Positions 17,348 to 28,356 of a stretch of 64,000 bases of DNA are shown here, one piece after another (the stretch's first letter is position 1; each line of letters starts with the position of its first letter). The position numbers and the translations under genes were made by a program. The stretch comes from Candidatus Moraniibacteriota bacterium (GTDB lineage: Bacteria > Patescibacteriota > Minisyncoccia > Moranbacterales > UBA1568). A model generated the notes under the pieces. That model was given only the letters and a program-made list of their open reading frames with translations, searched no databases and was not told the DNA's origin. The stretch spans positions 67,242 to 131,241 of the forward strand of contig CP064974.1 in assembly GCA_016699385.1 (NCBI GenBank), read 5' to 3'.

Positions 17348-20300
17348 ATGATGGAAGAAACTGGTACCACTAAAGTGAGTGATTTCGAGAGCGTTCGCCT
17401 GACGCTCGCTTCTCCCGAGCAAATGCTCGAGTGGTCGAGCGGGGAGGTGACGAAGCCCGAAACGATTAACTATCGCACGCAGCGCTACGAACTCGACGGA
17501 CTCTTCTGCGAGAAGATTTTTGGTCCGTCGAAGGACTGGGAGTGTTATTGTGGCAAGTATAAACGCGTGCGCTATAAGGGTATTGTCTGCGACAAGTGTG
17601 GCGTCGAGGTGACACGATCAGTAGTGCGCCGTGAGCGAATGGGGCATATCAAACTTGCCGCACCGGTTTCGCATATCTGGTTTTTGCGCGGTGTGCCGTC
17701 GAAAATCGGCTTGGCGCTCGGACTCTCTCCGCAGGAAGTGGAGAAAGTCGTGTATTTCTCTTCATACATTGTCACTTCTGTCAACGAGGAAGCGCGAGAA
17801 CAAGCAATCAATCAATTGGAGCGCGAGTACAAATCGAAGCAGGGTGATGTTCGAGAGGAATCTGGTACCACGAAGCATGTCGAAGAGGGACTTGATACGC
17901 TGAAGGATCAGTATCGCACCGCAAAAGAAGATATCAAGAGCATCGAACTCTTCCGGGTCTTGTCCGAAGTCGAGTATTTCAATCTTTCGACGCGATTCGG
18001 GCAGATGTTCACGGCGGGTATTGGCGCCGAGGCTATCCGAAAGGTATTGGAACAACTCGATATCGATCAGACGCTTGAGAGATTGAAAGAGGAACTCGAG
18101 GCGAATGGCATGAATGATGAGAAGAAAACACTTCAGCGACTGAAGCTCTTCCAGGGATTCAAAAAAGCAGGATTGAAACTCGAATGGATGCTTCCGACGA
18201 TGATTCCGGTTATTCCACCAGACCTTCGTCCGATGGTGGCGCTTGATGGAGGACGCTTTGCGACGTCCGATTTGAATGATCTCTATCGTCGTATTATCAA
18301 TCGCAATAATCGTCTTCGGAGACTCCTCTCAATTAATGCGCCCGAAGTTATTACGCGCAATGAGAAGCGTATGCTTCAGGAGGCGGTCGACGCGCTCTTC
18401 GACAATAGCGCACGACGCGGTCAGGCATCGACAGCCGCCTCGACTGGACAACGGCGACCACTTCGCTCGCTCGCCGATGCGCTCAAGGGAAAGCAAGGGC
18501 GATTCCGACAGAACCTTTTGGGAAAGCGTGTCGATTATTCCGGTCGGTCAGTTATTGTCGTGGGTCCACAGCTCAAGTTGCACCAGGCGGGATTGCCGAA
18601 GAAAATGGCACTCGAGCTCTTCAAGCCTTTCATCATTCACAAAATGATTGAGAAGGAATATGCCCACAATGTTCGTACTGCCGGGCGTATGGTGGACGCG
18701 GAGACCGAAGAAGCCTATGAAATCTTGGATGAGATTATCGAGCATCACTATGTGCTCTTGAACCGCGCTCCGACACTGCACCGATTGTCTATTCAGGCAT
18801 TCCAACCAGTCTTGATTGAAGGAAAGGCGATTCGTCTTCATCCGCTTGTTTGTTCGGCGTTCAATGCAGACTTCGATGGTGACCAGATGGCTGTGCATGT
18901 TCCGTTAACCGATGAGGCCCGTGCAGAAAGTGCCAATCTCATGTTGTCGTCAAAGAATCTCTTGAAGCCGGCATCCGGTGAACCAGTCGTGACGCCATCG
19001 CTTGATATGGTGCTCGGTATTTACTACTTGACGCACATCAAGAACGGCGCAAAGGGCGAGGGGAAGATATTGGGTTCCATGAAAGAAGGTGTCTATCTCT
19101 ATGACTCTGGATTGGCAGATGCGAATGCTCGCGTGAAGCTCTTGTTTAATGATGAAATCATCGAGACTTCAATTGGGCGAATTCTTCTGAATGATATTTT
19201 GCCGAAGTCGCTTCAATTTGTGAATGCAGAGATGACGAAGAAAGATCTCAAGGGTTTGGTGGCGCAGATACTCGCGACTGAAGGGAATGAACAAGCGGCG
19301 CTTTTTGCAGACCGTGTTAAGGATTTGGGTTTCCGCGCGGTATCACATTCCGGTATTAGTTGGGGCATGGACGACCTTGTTGTGCCACCCGCGAAGAAGG
19401 CGACTATCGAGGCAGCGGAGCGACAAATCGCCGAAGTGAAAGAGCAATACCAGATGGGACTCCTCACGAACGAGGAGCGTCGGAACCGGGTTATTGAAAT
19501 ATGGAATGCGACCAAGAATATCATTACTGAATTGGTCCGAGAGTCGATTGATAAAGACGGCCCAGTCTACTCCATGATTTATTCGAAGGCGCGCGGTACT
19601 GAGTCGGTTGTCGTGCAGATGACAGGTATGAAAGGACTCATGGCAGGTCCAACCGGAGAGACATTGGAACTCCCGGTGAAGAGCTCCTTCAAGGAAGGTT
19701 TCAATGTGCTGGAATACTTCATTTCGACGCACGGCGCGCGAAAGGGTATGGCAGATATTGCGCTTCGTACAGCGACAGCTGGCTATCTGACCCGTCGACT
19801 CGTCGATGTGTCGCAAGACGTCATTGTACGCGAGGCGGACTGTGGTGATACCGAAGGAGCAACACTCTATCGCGAAGACAGCGATGGTGTCGGCGTTTCC
19901 TTCGCCTCTCGTGTTGAGGGTCGTGTGTCGCTCGAGCAAATCAAAACTGAAGCAGGAAAGATTCTCGTGAAGAAGGGTGAGCTCATTACAAAAATGCAGG
20001 CGCAGGAAATTGAGCGTCGCGAGCTGCCGAAAGTGCATATTCGAAGCGTTGTCACGTGCCGGACGCGTCGAGGTGTCTGTCAGCGATGCTATGGCGTCGA
20101 CTTGGGACGAGCATCGCTCGTACAAGAGGGACAGGCGGTTGGTATCGTTGCCGCACAGGCAATTGGTGAGCCGGGAACACAGCTTACGATGCGTACCTTC
20201 CACATTGGAGGTGTCGCCGGATCGGATATCACGCAGGGACTCCCTCGCGTTCAAGAAATTTTTGAAGCTCGTCAGCCGAAGGGGGAGGCGATTATTTCGG

Positions 20301-20974
20301 AAGTGGATGGGAAGGTTATTTCTATCCTCAGTGAAAGTTCTAAGACGATTTCTATCAAAATAGAAACGGCGGATGGTGAAATGAAAGAATACCTCGTACC
20401 CACAGGGAGTGGCATCCGTGTTGAGAAGGGGGATCTCATTGCAAAAGGACAATCACTCATTGAGGGAAGTCTCGACCTTCGAAAGCTCTTCGAAGTCATG
20501 GGACGCGAAGCGCTGCATCGCTACATTCTTCGAGAGATTCAGGAGATTTACGCCTCCCAAGGTGAAGGTATTAATGACAAACATATTGAAGTCATTATTC
20601 GACAGATGCTCTCGCGTATTCGCATCTTGGATTCCGGTGATGCTGATATTCTCCCGGGTGATATTGTCGAGAAAGATCAATTCGAAGAGGCAAATGAGGA
20701 AGCGGTTGCTACAAACGGGAAGCCCGCTATTGGCGAACAACTCCTCTTGGGCATTACCAAGGTGGCGCTTTCGACTGAGTCTTTCCTTTCCTCGGCATCG
20801 TTCCAGGAAACGGCGCGAGTGCTCATCAATGCTGCCGTCACTGGTCGTGCTGACAAGCTCCGTGGTCTCAAGGAGAATGTGATTATTGGGCGATTGATTC
20901 CTGCGGGAACTGGCTTCTTGGAACGCCGGTCAGCGTCAGTGTCAGCTTCTCCCGCAGTGTCTCCTGAGGCGTAA
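17348..20974 (+). CDS. rpoC: DNA-directed RNA polymerase subunit beta'.
   Basis: 1208-aa ORF with a Zn-finger CYCGKYKRVRYKGIVCDKCGVEV, the catalytic NADFDGDQMAVHVP motif and trigger-loop and clamp blocks. Confidence 0.97.
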   Translation: MMEETGTTKVSDFESVRLTLASPEQMLEWSSGEVTKPETINYRTQRYELDGLFCEKIFGPSKDWECYCGKYKRVRYKGIVCDKCGVEVTRSVVRRERMGHIKLAAPVSHIWFLRGVPSKIGLALGLSPQEVEKVVYFSSYIVTSVNEEAREQAINQLEREYKSKQGDVREESGTTKHVEEGLDTLKDQYRTAKEDIKSIELFRVLSEVEYFNLSTRFGQMFTAGIGAEAIRKVLEQLDIDQTLERLKEELEANGMNDEKKTLQRLKLFQGFKKAGLKLEWMLPTMIPVIPPDLRPMVALDGGRFATSDLNDLYRRIINRNNRLRRLLSINAPEVITRNEKRMLQEAVDALFDNSARRGQASTAASTGQRRPLRSLADALKGKQGRFRQNLLGKRVDYSGRSVIVVGPQLKLHQAGLPKKMALELFKPFIIHKMIEKEYAHNVRTAGRMVDAETEEAYEILDEIIEHHYVLLNRAPTLHRLSIQAFQPVLIEGKAIRLHPLVCSAFNADFDGDQMAVHVPLTDEARAESANLMLSSKNLLKPASGEPVVTPSLDMVLGIYYLTHIKNGAKGEGKILGSMKEGVYLYDSGLADANARVKLLFNDEIIETSIGRILLNDILPKSLQFVNAEMTKKDLKGLVAQILATEGNEQAALFADRVKDLGFRAVSHSGISWGMDDLVVPPAKKATIEAAERQIAEVKEQYQMGLLTNEERRNRVIEIWNATKNIITELVRESIDKDGPVYSMIYSKARGTESVVVQMTGMKGLMAGPTGETLELPVKSSFKEGFNVLEYFISTHGARKGMADIALRTATAGYLTRRLVDVSQDVIVREADCGDTEGATLYREDSDGVGVSFASRVEGRVSLEQIKTEAGKILVKKGELITKMQAQEIERRELPKVHIRSVVTCRTRRGVCQRCYGVDLGRASLVQEGQAVGIVAAQAIGEPGTQLTMRTFHIGGVAGSDITQGLPRVQEIFEARQPKGEAIISEVDGKVISILSESSKTISIKIETADGEMKEYLVPTGSGIRVEKGDLIAKGQSLIEGSLDLRKLFEVMGREALHRYILREIQEIYASQGEGINDKHIEVIIRQMLSRIRILDSGDADILPGDIVEKDQFEEANEEAVATNGKPAIGEQLLLGITKVALSTESFLSSASFQETARVLINAAVTGRADKLRGLKENVIIGRLIPAGTGFLERRSASVSASPAVSPEA

Positions 20975-21012
20975 GCTTTTTGGAGAGCTGTTTGTGAAAT
21001 GCTAGCGAGAAA

Positions 21013-21041
21013 ACAGCCCCGGAATATCGGGGCTGTTTTTG
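21013..21041 (+). terminator. Rho-independent terminator after rpoC.
   Basis: 9-bp GC-rich stem acagccccg/cggggctgt with loop gaatat, followed by ttttt. Confidence 0.65.
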
Positions 21042-21102
21042 TATGGGAAGAAAATGATTTTCACAAGACTTGGAGTATCGCTTTCCTTTTCTGCTCAGGA
21101 TT

Positions 21103-21111
21103 TGGTATAAT
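21103..21111 (+). promoter_or_regulatory. Extended -10 element (TGgTATAAT) only about 8 nt upstream of the ftsK ATG, which would make ftsK a candidate leaderless mRNA.
   Basis: ggatttggtataataccttattATG. No Shine-Dalgarno sequence is present. Confidence 0.35.
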
Positions 21112-21119
21112 ACCTTATT

Positions 21120-23681
21120 ATGGGAAGAAAAAAGAAAACAAAAGAAGTATCTCAACCCGATCTGGAGGATGATGACCGAGCGGAGTCGCCAGGTATTCTT
21201 CATCACGACGTGAAGCGGAGTATTGCCGCAGTCTTTCTTTTTACGCTGGGCATTCTTTTCGCACTTGGATTTTTCAAGAGTGCGGGAATTCTGGGGACAT
21301 TCTTTGATCGTGTAGCAGGACTTGGTCTGGGGTGGGGAAAGTGGATTTTCCCATTCCTCTTATTTCTTGCTGGTATCTTCCTGTTTCGTCGTCGGACAAG
21401 CTCGTGGTCGGACGCAGTGAAGCTCGGGGGGCTTTCAATTGCATTTTTGAGTTTCTTGGGGTTTCTTCATTCACTTCAGAGTGGCGATTTGGCGCAGCTT
21501 GCAGTGAGTGGTCGTGGTGGAGGATATATCGGTTTTGGGCTTGCATCTCTTTTTGGAAAACTTGCAGGGACACTCGGTGGCACGATTTTGTTTGTCGCAC
21601 TCTTCCTTATCGGTACGATTGCGGCGTTCAATTTCTCATTGCTACGATTTTCAGATTCGCTCAGTGAATGGACGAAACGGCGAGATCTGAACGACGTGAC
21701 TTCCGATGATGAGGCAGAATCTGAGAAGACATCAGGTGACGGTACGACTGTAAGTGAATCAATACCACAAGATTCTCATGGAGTTGATGTGCCAATTGTT
21801 GACCCGATTGTCACTGAGAAGGAGAAGCTCGAGCAAGAGAATATCAAACGTATTCATTTCCCGCAAGAGAATGAAAAGAATGTAGAAGGAAGAAATGCCG
21901 AGGCACAGAAACATGCGGAACTTGCGTCGGTGCCTGCCTATTTTCTCTCGGGCGAACGAAAGCCATTTGTGGTAACCCCTCGCCGATCTTCGCGGAAGCG
22001 GACATTTTGGCAATTGCCGACATCAGATCTCTTGGATACGTCGAGCGAGGAGGGATTTGGAGGGGATACGGAGGCACGTGCGGAGATTATTCGACAGACA
22101 TTGGAGAATTTCGGCATTCCTGTCGTGCATCATGCGACTATGGTTGGTCCAACCGTGACGCAGTATATGTTCAGTCCCGCCGGTGGCGTCAAACTCTCTC
22201 GCATCACGACGCTGTCAGACAATCTCGCACTCGCTATGGAGGCGCCTTCTATTCGTATACAGGCGCCAATTCCCGGGAAGGCGCTCATCGGTATCGAGGT
22301 GCCCAATCAGGTGCAAGCAATTGTTCGACTTCGGAATATTTTGGAAAGCCAAGCCTTCTTGAAACGAAGCTCTGCGCTGACCGTGGCACTTGGGAAGGAT
22401 GTGCATGGTGACTACGCTGTCGCCGACATCGGGAAGATGCCGCACCTCTTAGTTGCGGGGACTACGCGAAGCGGGAAGAGCGTTTTTATCAATGCGCTTC
22501 TTTTGTCGCTGCTCTATCAAAATGCACCGGATGATCTTCGTCTCATTCTCATCGATCCGAAGCGCGTGGAACTCTCGCTCTACAATGGTATCCCGCACCT
22601 TATCACCGATGTTATCGTTGAGCCAAAGAAAGTAGTGAATGCGCTCCGCTCTATGGTGGGTGAAATGGACCGTCGATACAAGCTTCTTGAGCAGGTAGGG
22701 TCTCGAGATATCGAATCCTATCATGTGCGGTGTGCTCGCGGAGAGAGGCGAACAGTGCCTCTGCCGGGTGGTGGATCGCGCGAGGAAGATCTGCCCAAGC
22801 TCCCGTATATTGTCATCGTAATCGATGAAATGGCGGACCTCATGATGTCGCATGGGCGCGAGGTGGAAGGAGTTATCGTGCGCCTCGCGCAGATGGCGCG
22901 CGCGGTGGGCATTCACTTGGTACTTGCAACACAGCGCCCGAGTGTTGAGGTTATCACGGGGCTTATTAAAGCAAATATCGTGACGCGCATTGCCTTCCAG
23001 GTGGCGACGCAGATTGACTCGCGCACGATTCTCGATCAGGGTGGTGCGGAGAAGCTCATTGGACAGGGCGACATGCTTTTTACAACGGCTGGATATCCTC
23101 AGCCACGGCGAATCCAGGGACCATTTGTGTCCGAAGACGAGGTACGCAATGTTGTTGAATTTATCCGAGAGCAAAAACTCGCTGCCGGCTTCGAAGAATC
23201 GATTGATGGAGAAATTTCCACAAGCTCTCCTATACGTGAGCGAGAGTTTGCGCTTCCTTCGCTTCCTCGTGCGGATGGCAATCTCGAAGCGGCGCCGGTT
23301 GGTCCTGACGCTGAATCATTTTCGCATCCGGAGAAACTCTCCGATGGCATTGTCTTTTCGCTTGATGATGCGTCTTCATTGGAAGAAGATCAGGATCCTC
23401 GATATGAGGAAGCGCGACAGGTGGTGCTCGAATTTCGCCAAGCATCCACGTCATTTCTTCAGCGGCGCATGGGACTTGGGTATTCTCGAGCAGCAAAGAT
23501 TATCGATTGTCTCGAGAAAGCCGGCGTCGTCGGTCCCAAGGATGGCTCCAAACCTCGAGAGATCCTTGCTTCAAGTGGCACCCCTGCCAATGTTTCATCT
23601 CCCATTGATTCTTCAGTATCCGACTCGGATGATGAGGATTTGCCAACGGAGAGTGCTCAAGATGACAAGTGGCAGGTATAG
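21120..23681 (+). CDS. ftsK: DNA translocase FtsK/SpoIIIE.
   Basis: N-terminal multi-TM region. Motor domain with Walker A GTTRSGKS and Walker B VIVIDEMADL. The block LATQRPSVEVITGLIKANI. C-terminal winged-helix gamma domain (FLQRRMGLGYSRAAKIIDCLEKAGVVG). Confidence 0.9.
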   Translation: MGRKKKTKEVSQPDLEDDDRAESPGILHHDVKRSIAAVFLFTLGILFALGFFKSAGILGTFFDRVAGLGLGWGKWIFPFLLFLAGIFLFRRRTSSWSDAVKLGGLSIAFLSFLGFLHSLQSGDLAQLAVSGRGGGYIGFGLASLFGKLAGTLGGTILFVALFLIGTIAAFNFSLLRFSDSLSEWTKRRDLNDVTSDDEAESEKTSGDGTTVSESIPQDSHGVDVPIVDPIVTEKEKLEQENIKRIHFPQENEKNVEGRNAEAQKHAELASVPAYFLSGERKPFVVTPRRSSRKRTFWQLPTSDLLDTSSEEGFGGDTEARAEIIRQTLENFGIPVVHHATMVGPTVTQYMFSPAGGVKLSRITTLSDNLALAMEAPSIRIQAPIPGKALIGIEVPNQVQAIVRLRNILESQAFLKRSSALTVALGKDVHGDYAVADIGKMPHLLVAGTTRSGKSVFINALLLSLLYQNAPDDLRLILIDPKRVELSLYNGIPHLITDVIVEPKKVVNALRSMVGEMDRRYKLLEQVGSRDIESYHVRCARGERRTVPLPGGGSREEDLPKLPYIVIVIDEMADLMMSHGREVEGVIVRLAQMARAVGIHLVLATQRPSVEVITGLIKANIVTRIAFQVATQIDSRTILDQGGAEKLIGQGDMLFTTAGYPQPRRIQGPFVSEDEVRNVVEFIREQKLAAGFEESIDGEISTSSPIREREFALPSLPRADGNLEAAPVGPDAESFSHPEKLSDGIVFSLDDASSLEEDQDPRYEEARQVVLEFRQASTSFLQRRMGLGYSRAAKIIDCLEKAGVVGPKDGSKPREILASSGTPANVSSPIDSSVSDSDDEDLPTESAQDDKWQV

Positions 23682-23793
23682 ATACCGAGAATCTCTTGTG
23701 AGATCAAGAAATTTTCTTGGATGATGGGTATTGAATTGTTCCAGTGCAATTCATTACCACCTGGATCCGTTACACGTACTAGCCACCCCCTTT

Positions 23794-25197
23794 ATGAAAC
23801 TCTCCCTCACACATTTCCTCCAGTGGGGCGGCATCGCTGCCGTGCTGCTTGTTGTCGTCGGACTCAACTACGATTTCGAATCCAAAGCCGGCATGCAGCT
23901 CAATGGTTCTGTCGAGAGCTCGCTCTCCCAAGGGATGCGCGGCTACTGGAAACTCGATGACGGCTCCGGCACCAATGCGACCGACAGTAGTGGAAATGCA
24001 AACACTCTCGCCATGACTGGCTCTCCCACCTGGAGTGCCGGACAAATCGGTCCATACATGCTCGACTTCTCCGGAAGCGGACAATACCTCTCCGTCGCCG
24101 ATCCCGCAAGCGGTGTCCTCGACTTTGCCAATGGAGCCGACTTCTCTCTCACGGGCTGGTTCAATCGAGACACTTTCACCGCCGACCACACCATCGTCGC
24201 CAAGAAAACCGACCAAGCTACCAATGCCGGCTATGTCGTCTGGATAGATGCCTCTACCGATACGGTCAACTTCGAAATTTCTGATGGTACCTATACCTAC
24301 GAAGCAGACTCTACCACAACATTCACATCAACCGGTTGGCATCACTTCACTGCCGTCTGGGATGATAGTCGTGGTGCCTCTGTCTATATTGATGGAGGAC
24401 TCAATGGAAGCACAGAAACCTCTACCAGTAGTATAGGAGACCTCTCGAATGCCAATGCCTTCCGTATCGGAGCCGAATCCGACGCCGGAGTTCCTTTTGA
24501 TGGCAAGCTCGATGATATCCGCGTCTATGGCTACGCTCTCTCTGCTGACGAAGTAAAGAAGCTCTACAATACCACGAGCCCCGCCCAACCCGTCGACACC
24601 TCCTTGGTCGGGCACTGGACGTTTGATGGTCCGGATATTCAGGGGAGTACCGCAATAGACAGGAGTAGCTTCGGGAACAATGGGACGATAACGGGAGCGG
24701 TACCGGTGAAGGGGAAATTGGGCCAGGGGATGGGGTTTGATGGGACGGGGGATTATGTTGAAACAAATTCAACCATTCCTGCTTCTGGAGCATTCTCCAT
24801 AAGTGCGTGGATCAATATGAAACAAATAAACGATCTCCCCTCAATTGTTAATACGAGCAACTCGATTTTTTATTATAGTTCTTATGTCAGTCGTCTTTAC
24901 TGGACGAACAATAACTACTCTACAAGAGTAGGAGGATCTTCCGCTTTAAATATCAATCAGTGGTATTTTGTGGTGGTTGTAAATAACAGTGATGACACGG
25001 CAACATTATACATAAACGGTACACAAGACGGGACAGCCAATCAAGCCGCGGGCTCAAGACTAGCAGGAGGAGAAATTTGTATAGGTGCTCGTTCTGATGG
25101 CCTGAAGCCTTTTAATGGGATCATTGACGATGTTCGCTTCTACAACCGCGCCCTCTCCGCAAGCGAAATCACCAACTTCTACAACATGGGGCGGTAA
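23794..25197 (+). CDS. Membrane-anchored protein with two tandem LamG_3 domains; paralog of 4461..5936.
   Basis: The likely start is the Met of MKLSLTHFLQWGGIAAVLLVVVGLNY (signal anchor); the ORF reaches back to 23731. Motifs GYWKLDDGSGTNATDSSGNANTL and LVGHWTFDGPDI. It is about 70% identical to the 4461..5936 product. Confidence 0.75.
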   Translation: MKLSLTHFLQWGGIAAVLLVVVGLNYDFESKAGMQLNGSVESSLSQGMRGYWKLDDGSGTNATDSSGNANTLAMTGSPTWSAGQIGPYMLDFSGSGQYLSVADPASGVLDFANGADFSLTGWFNRDTFTADHTIVAKKTDQATNAGYVVWIDASTDTVNFEISDGTYTYEADSTTTFTSTGWHHFTAVWDDSRGASVYIDGGLNGSTETSTSSIGDLSNANAFRIGAESDAGVPFDGKLDDIRVYGYALSADEVKKLYNTTSPAQPVDTSLVGHWTFDGPDIQGSTAIDRSSFGNNGTITGAVPVKGKLGQGMGFDGTGDYVETNSTIPASGAFSISAWINMKQINDLPSIVNTSNSIFYYSSYVSRLYWTNNNYSTRVGGSSALNINQWYFVVVVNNSDDTATLYINGTQDGTANQAAGSRLAGGEICIGARSDGLKPFNGIIDDVRFYNRALSASEITNFYNMGR

Positions 25198-25237
25198 AAC
25201 AATTAGCCGACCCTGGACGGAAAATAATTTTTTTCTT

Positions 25238-28200
25238 ATGCAGTACGTCATTCATAGTTTGGTTGGGAGTAGGATTGGTTCGTTCTGTTTTTTGGTAGCG
25301 GTTTTTGTTTTCGGCGCGGCGGTTGTTTTTCCAGGAAAGGCGGAAGCAGCGACGTACTATGTGTCGAAAACAGGTGCAGATAGCAATCCCGGCACATCGC
25401 AGCAGCCGTGGCTGACTATAACCAAAGCGGCAAATACCATGGTCAGCGGTGATACAGCGCTGGTGGCTGCTGGGACATATAACGAGACCGTGCGAACGGT
25501 ACGCCACGGAAGCGTAGGAAATAGAATCACATTTCGAGCAAATGGGATTGCCAAAGGAAGCAAATTCTTTATTGATCATAATTATGTAACTGTAGAAGGG
25601 TTCAGTTTATCGGGATTTGGCGCGGTTGAGTCAATCGGTGACTATTGCGAAATCTCCAGTAACACATTTACGAACGGTGGGATTTTTTTTCCTCCGAATA
25701 GAGACCAAAAAGCGGACTATTGCGTTATCCGTGGCAATACCATTACCGTACCAACGCCGCAGGGAGCGGATTTCCCCACGATCATGATCTATGGCGATAA
25801 TAATCTTATAGAGAATAACGAGATTGGACCCGGCTATGATGTTGACTCATTCCGTCCGTTCGGATCAAACAATATCATAAGAAACAACTATATCCATGAC
25901 ATTTCTTACTCGCCGGGAAGTGCGGCGCACATAGACGTACTTCAATTCTACGGCATCAACGGTGATACCGTATATAATTTGCTATTTGAGAAAAACAGAG
26001 TCGCTAATTCTCAAGGACAAATGTGGATGACGGAGGTCCAAGGTGCAACCACCCTGAGTGACGTAATTATCCGCAACAATTTATTTTATAATGTTTCACA
26101 AAACGCTTATATAGGCGTCCCTAATTTTGAGGTATATAACAATACCTTTGTGAATACAGGGGTTATTTCGGTGCAAAAGGATTCGTACAAGATGAATGGC
26201 ATAAATGCCAAAATAAAGAACAATATCTTCATTACAAGTAAAGATGCTAATGCATCTTATGTTTATAACTTCATTGTTGCAAGCGGGGGGCCTAACCCGC
26301 AGGCAGATTACAACTGCGTAGCCTCCAATAGCTACAATACGATTACGTCTTTTTCAGAAGCAAACGGAATCAATGGGTGCAACCCTTTATTTGTTGATCG
26401 CTCCACTGGTGACTTCCGTCTCTCGACTGGCAGTCCAGCAATTGATTCGGGGGCGAGTCTTACCGTTAACGACGATATTACTGGGTTAACGCGTCCAGTA
26501 GGGGCTGGGTGGGACATCGGCGCCTACGAATACACTTCCGGCACCCCCCTCGACCCCGACACCACTTCTCCCACTTCTCCCACCGGCCTCGCCGCAAACG
26601 CCACGAGCCAATCGAGCATCACCGTCTCCTGGACCGCCTCGACCGATCCGATAGTCGCGGGACAGACCACCTCAGGTATTTCCAATTACATCGTCGAGCG
26701 CTGCCAAGGCTCCGGTTGTTCCACCTTCACCCAAGTCGGCACTCCGACCACCTCTCCCTTCGTCGACTCCGGCCTCACGCCAAACACCTTTTACAACTAT
26801 CACGTCCGCGCGACCGATGCCGCCGGGAATCTCTCCGGCTGGTCCAATGTGGTCGGTGCGACGACCCAAGCTCCTGATACGCAAGCGCCCACAGCTCCGA
26901 GCAATCTCCAAACCTCCGTCGTCTCATCCTCCAACATCAACCTCGCCTGGACGGCAAGCACAGACAATGTCGCCGTCACCAATTACACCGTCGAACGCTG
27001 CTCCGGAACTTCCTGCACCACCTTCACCCAAATCGCCACTCCAACGACCAACTCCTACTCCGACGCCGGTCTTACGGGAACGACGACCTACCGTTACCGA
27101 GTCCTCGCAACCGATGCCGCCAACAACACTTCCCCCTACTCGAATATTTCTTCCGCCACGACCCCCGTTGCGCCTCCCGTCTCCCAGTATCTCCAGGCGG
27201 GCTACAACTTTGCCGAAGGCACCGGCACCACCACCCAAGACATCTCCGGTCACAACCACACCGGTACTCTCTCCAATACCACCTGGTCGACGAGCGGCAA
27301 ATACGGAAACGCTCTCGACTTTAACGGAACGAGCAGCTCTGTCGGTATTGGAAACTGGAACATTCCCGGAAGCGCCATCACCCTAAGCGCCTGGGTACGG
27401 GCGGACGACTGGAAGACGGACGATGTCCGCATCCTCTCCAAAGCAACCGACAGTACCGAACAGGGTCATACCTGGATGCTCTCCGATTCCAATAGTCTCC
27501 TCCGCTTCCGCCTCAAAACCGGTGGCACAACCACAACCCTCGTTGCAACGAGCGGCACTCTCCAAACAAATGTCTGGACTCATGTCGCCGCGGTCTATGA
27601 CGGAAGCACGATGACACTCTACAAAGACGGACTCGAAGTCGGAAGCCAAGCCAAAACCGGCACCATCGATCAAAACACCGCCAACATTTCAATCGGAGCA
27701 AATCCCGAAGGCTCCAACTCCTTTGACGGTACGATAGACGATGTCCGCATCTACAACAAGGCGCTCACGCAATCAGAAATCCAAACCGATATGAATACCC
27801 CGCTCACCCAAGGAGGAAGCGGAACCCAAGTTTGCAACACCGTGACGACCGCGAACTTCTCCGATGCCGCTTACAACAGTTACGGCGCGCCTTTCGATGC
27901 GTTTCAAACGAGTACGAATCTGATGAATGCACTGTGCACCAGCGCCGACACGCATACCATCACGTTCACGACCGGAGTAACGGGAGACACCGCGAGAATC
28001 GTCTACACCAAAGGCTACTGGTACGATGCAATAGGAAGCGCCTGGCGACAATACACCGGCACCTGCACGGGAGCGCTCAATGGCGAGTGGTGCCAAGGCT
28101 CCGTCTCCGCGACGATCACGGATGCCAATGTCTCCACTTCCGGGACGGGCTCACCCACCTACCTGGTCGGGATGACCTGCAGTGTGCAGGGAGGTGGGTG

Positions 28201-28267
28201 GAAGTGCGGGTGTCGGGATACGGCGTGTGCGAGTTTCAACTGGCAGGTGCAAGGGGGAGGGATGTAG
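25238..28267 (+). CDS. Giant secreted surface protein: signal peptide, right-handed beta-helix, DIGAYEY linker, two FN3 domains, a LamG domain and the conserved Cys-rich C-terminal module.
   Basis: The likely start is MQYVIHSLVGSRIGSFCFLVAVFVFGAAVVFPGKAEA; the ORF reaches back to 25115 and overlaps the upstream gene. ATYYVSKTGADSNPGT...GDTALVAAGTYNETV is a typical beta-helix N-terminus. RPVGAGWDIGAYEY linker. Tandem FN3 domains. LamG block YLQAGYNFAEGTGTTTQDISGHNHTGTL...DDVRIYNKALTQSEIQ. C-terminus ...CTGALNGEWCQGS...GGGWKCGCRDTACASFNWQVQGGGM. Confidence 0.8.
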   Translation: MQYVIHSLVGSRIGSFCFLVAVFVFGAAVVFPGKAEAATYYVSKTGADSNPGTSQQPWLTITKAANTMVSGDTALVAAGTYNETVRTVRHGSVGNRITFRANGIAKGSKFFIDHNYVTVEGFSLSGFGAVESIGDYCEISSNTFTNGGIFFPPNRDQKADYCVIRGNTITVPTPQGADFPTIMIYGDNNLIENNEIGPGYDVDSFRPFGSNNIIRNNYIHDISYSPGSAAHIDVLQFYGINGDTVYNLLFEKNRVANSQGQMWMTEVQGATTLSDVIIRNNLFYNVSQNAYIGVPNFEVYNNTFVNTGVISVQKDSYKMNGINAKIKNNIFITSKDANASYVYNFIVASGGPNPQADYNCVASNSYNTITSFSEANGINGCNPLFVDRSTGDFRLSTGSPAIDSGASLTVNDDITGLTRPVGAGWDIGAYEYTSGTPLDPDTTSPTSPTGLAANATSQSSITVSWTASTDPIVAGQTTSGISNYIVERCQGSGCSTFTQVGTPTTSPFVDSGLTPNTFYNYHVRATDAAGNLSGWSNVVGATTQAPDTQAPTAPSNLQTSVVSSSNINLAWTASTDNVAVTNYTVERCSGTSCTTFTQIATPTTNSYSDAGLTGTTTYRYRVLATDAANNTSPYSNISSATTPVAPPVSQYLQAGYNFAEGTGTTTQDISGHNHTGTLSNTTWSTSGKYGNALDFNGTSSSVGIGNWNIPGSAITLSAWVRADDWKTDDVRILSKATDSTEQGHTWMLSDSNSLLRFRLKTGGTTTTLVATSGTLQTNVWTHVAAVYDGSTMTLYKDGLEVGSQAKTGTIDQNTANISIGANPEGSNSFDGTIDDVRIYNKALTQSEIQTDMNTPLTQGGSGTQVCNTVTTANFSDAAYNSYGAPFDAFQTSTNLMNALCTSADTHTITFTTGVTGDTARIVYTKGYWYDAIGSAWRQYTGTCTGALNGEWCQGSVSATITDANVSTSGTGSPTYLVGMTCSVQGGGWKCGCRDTACASFNWQVQGGGM

Positions 28268-28356
28268 ACGTGTGGAAGTGTGCACGCCCGTATCGTTCCT
28301 TCGCAAGGCGGGGTTGCGGGCAGGGGAAGGAGAGTGTATTCATATTGTTGAACTTT

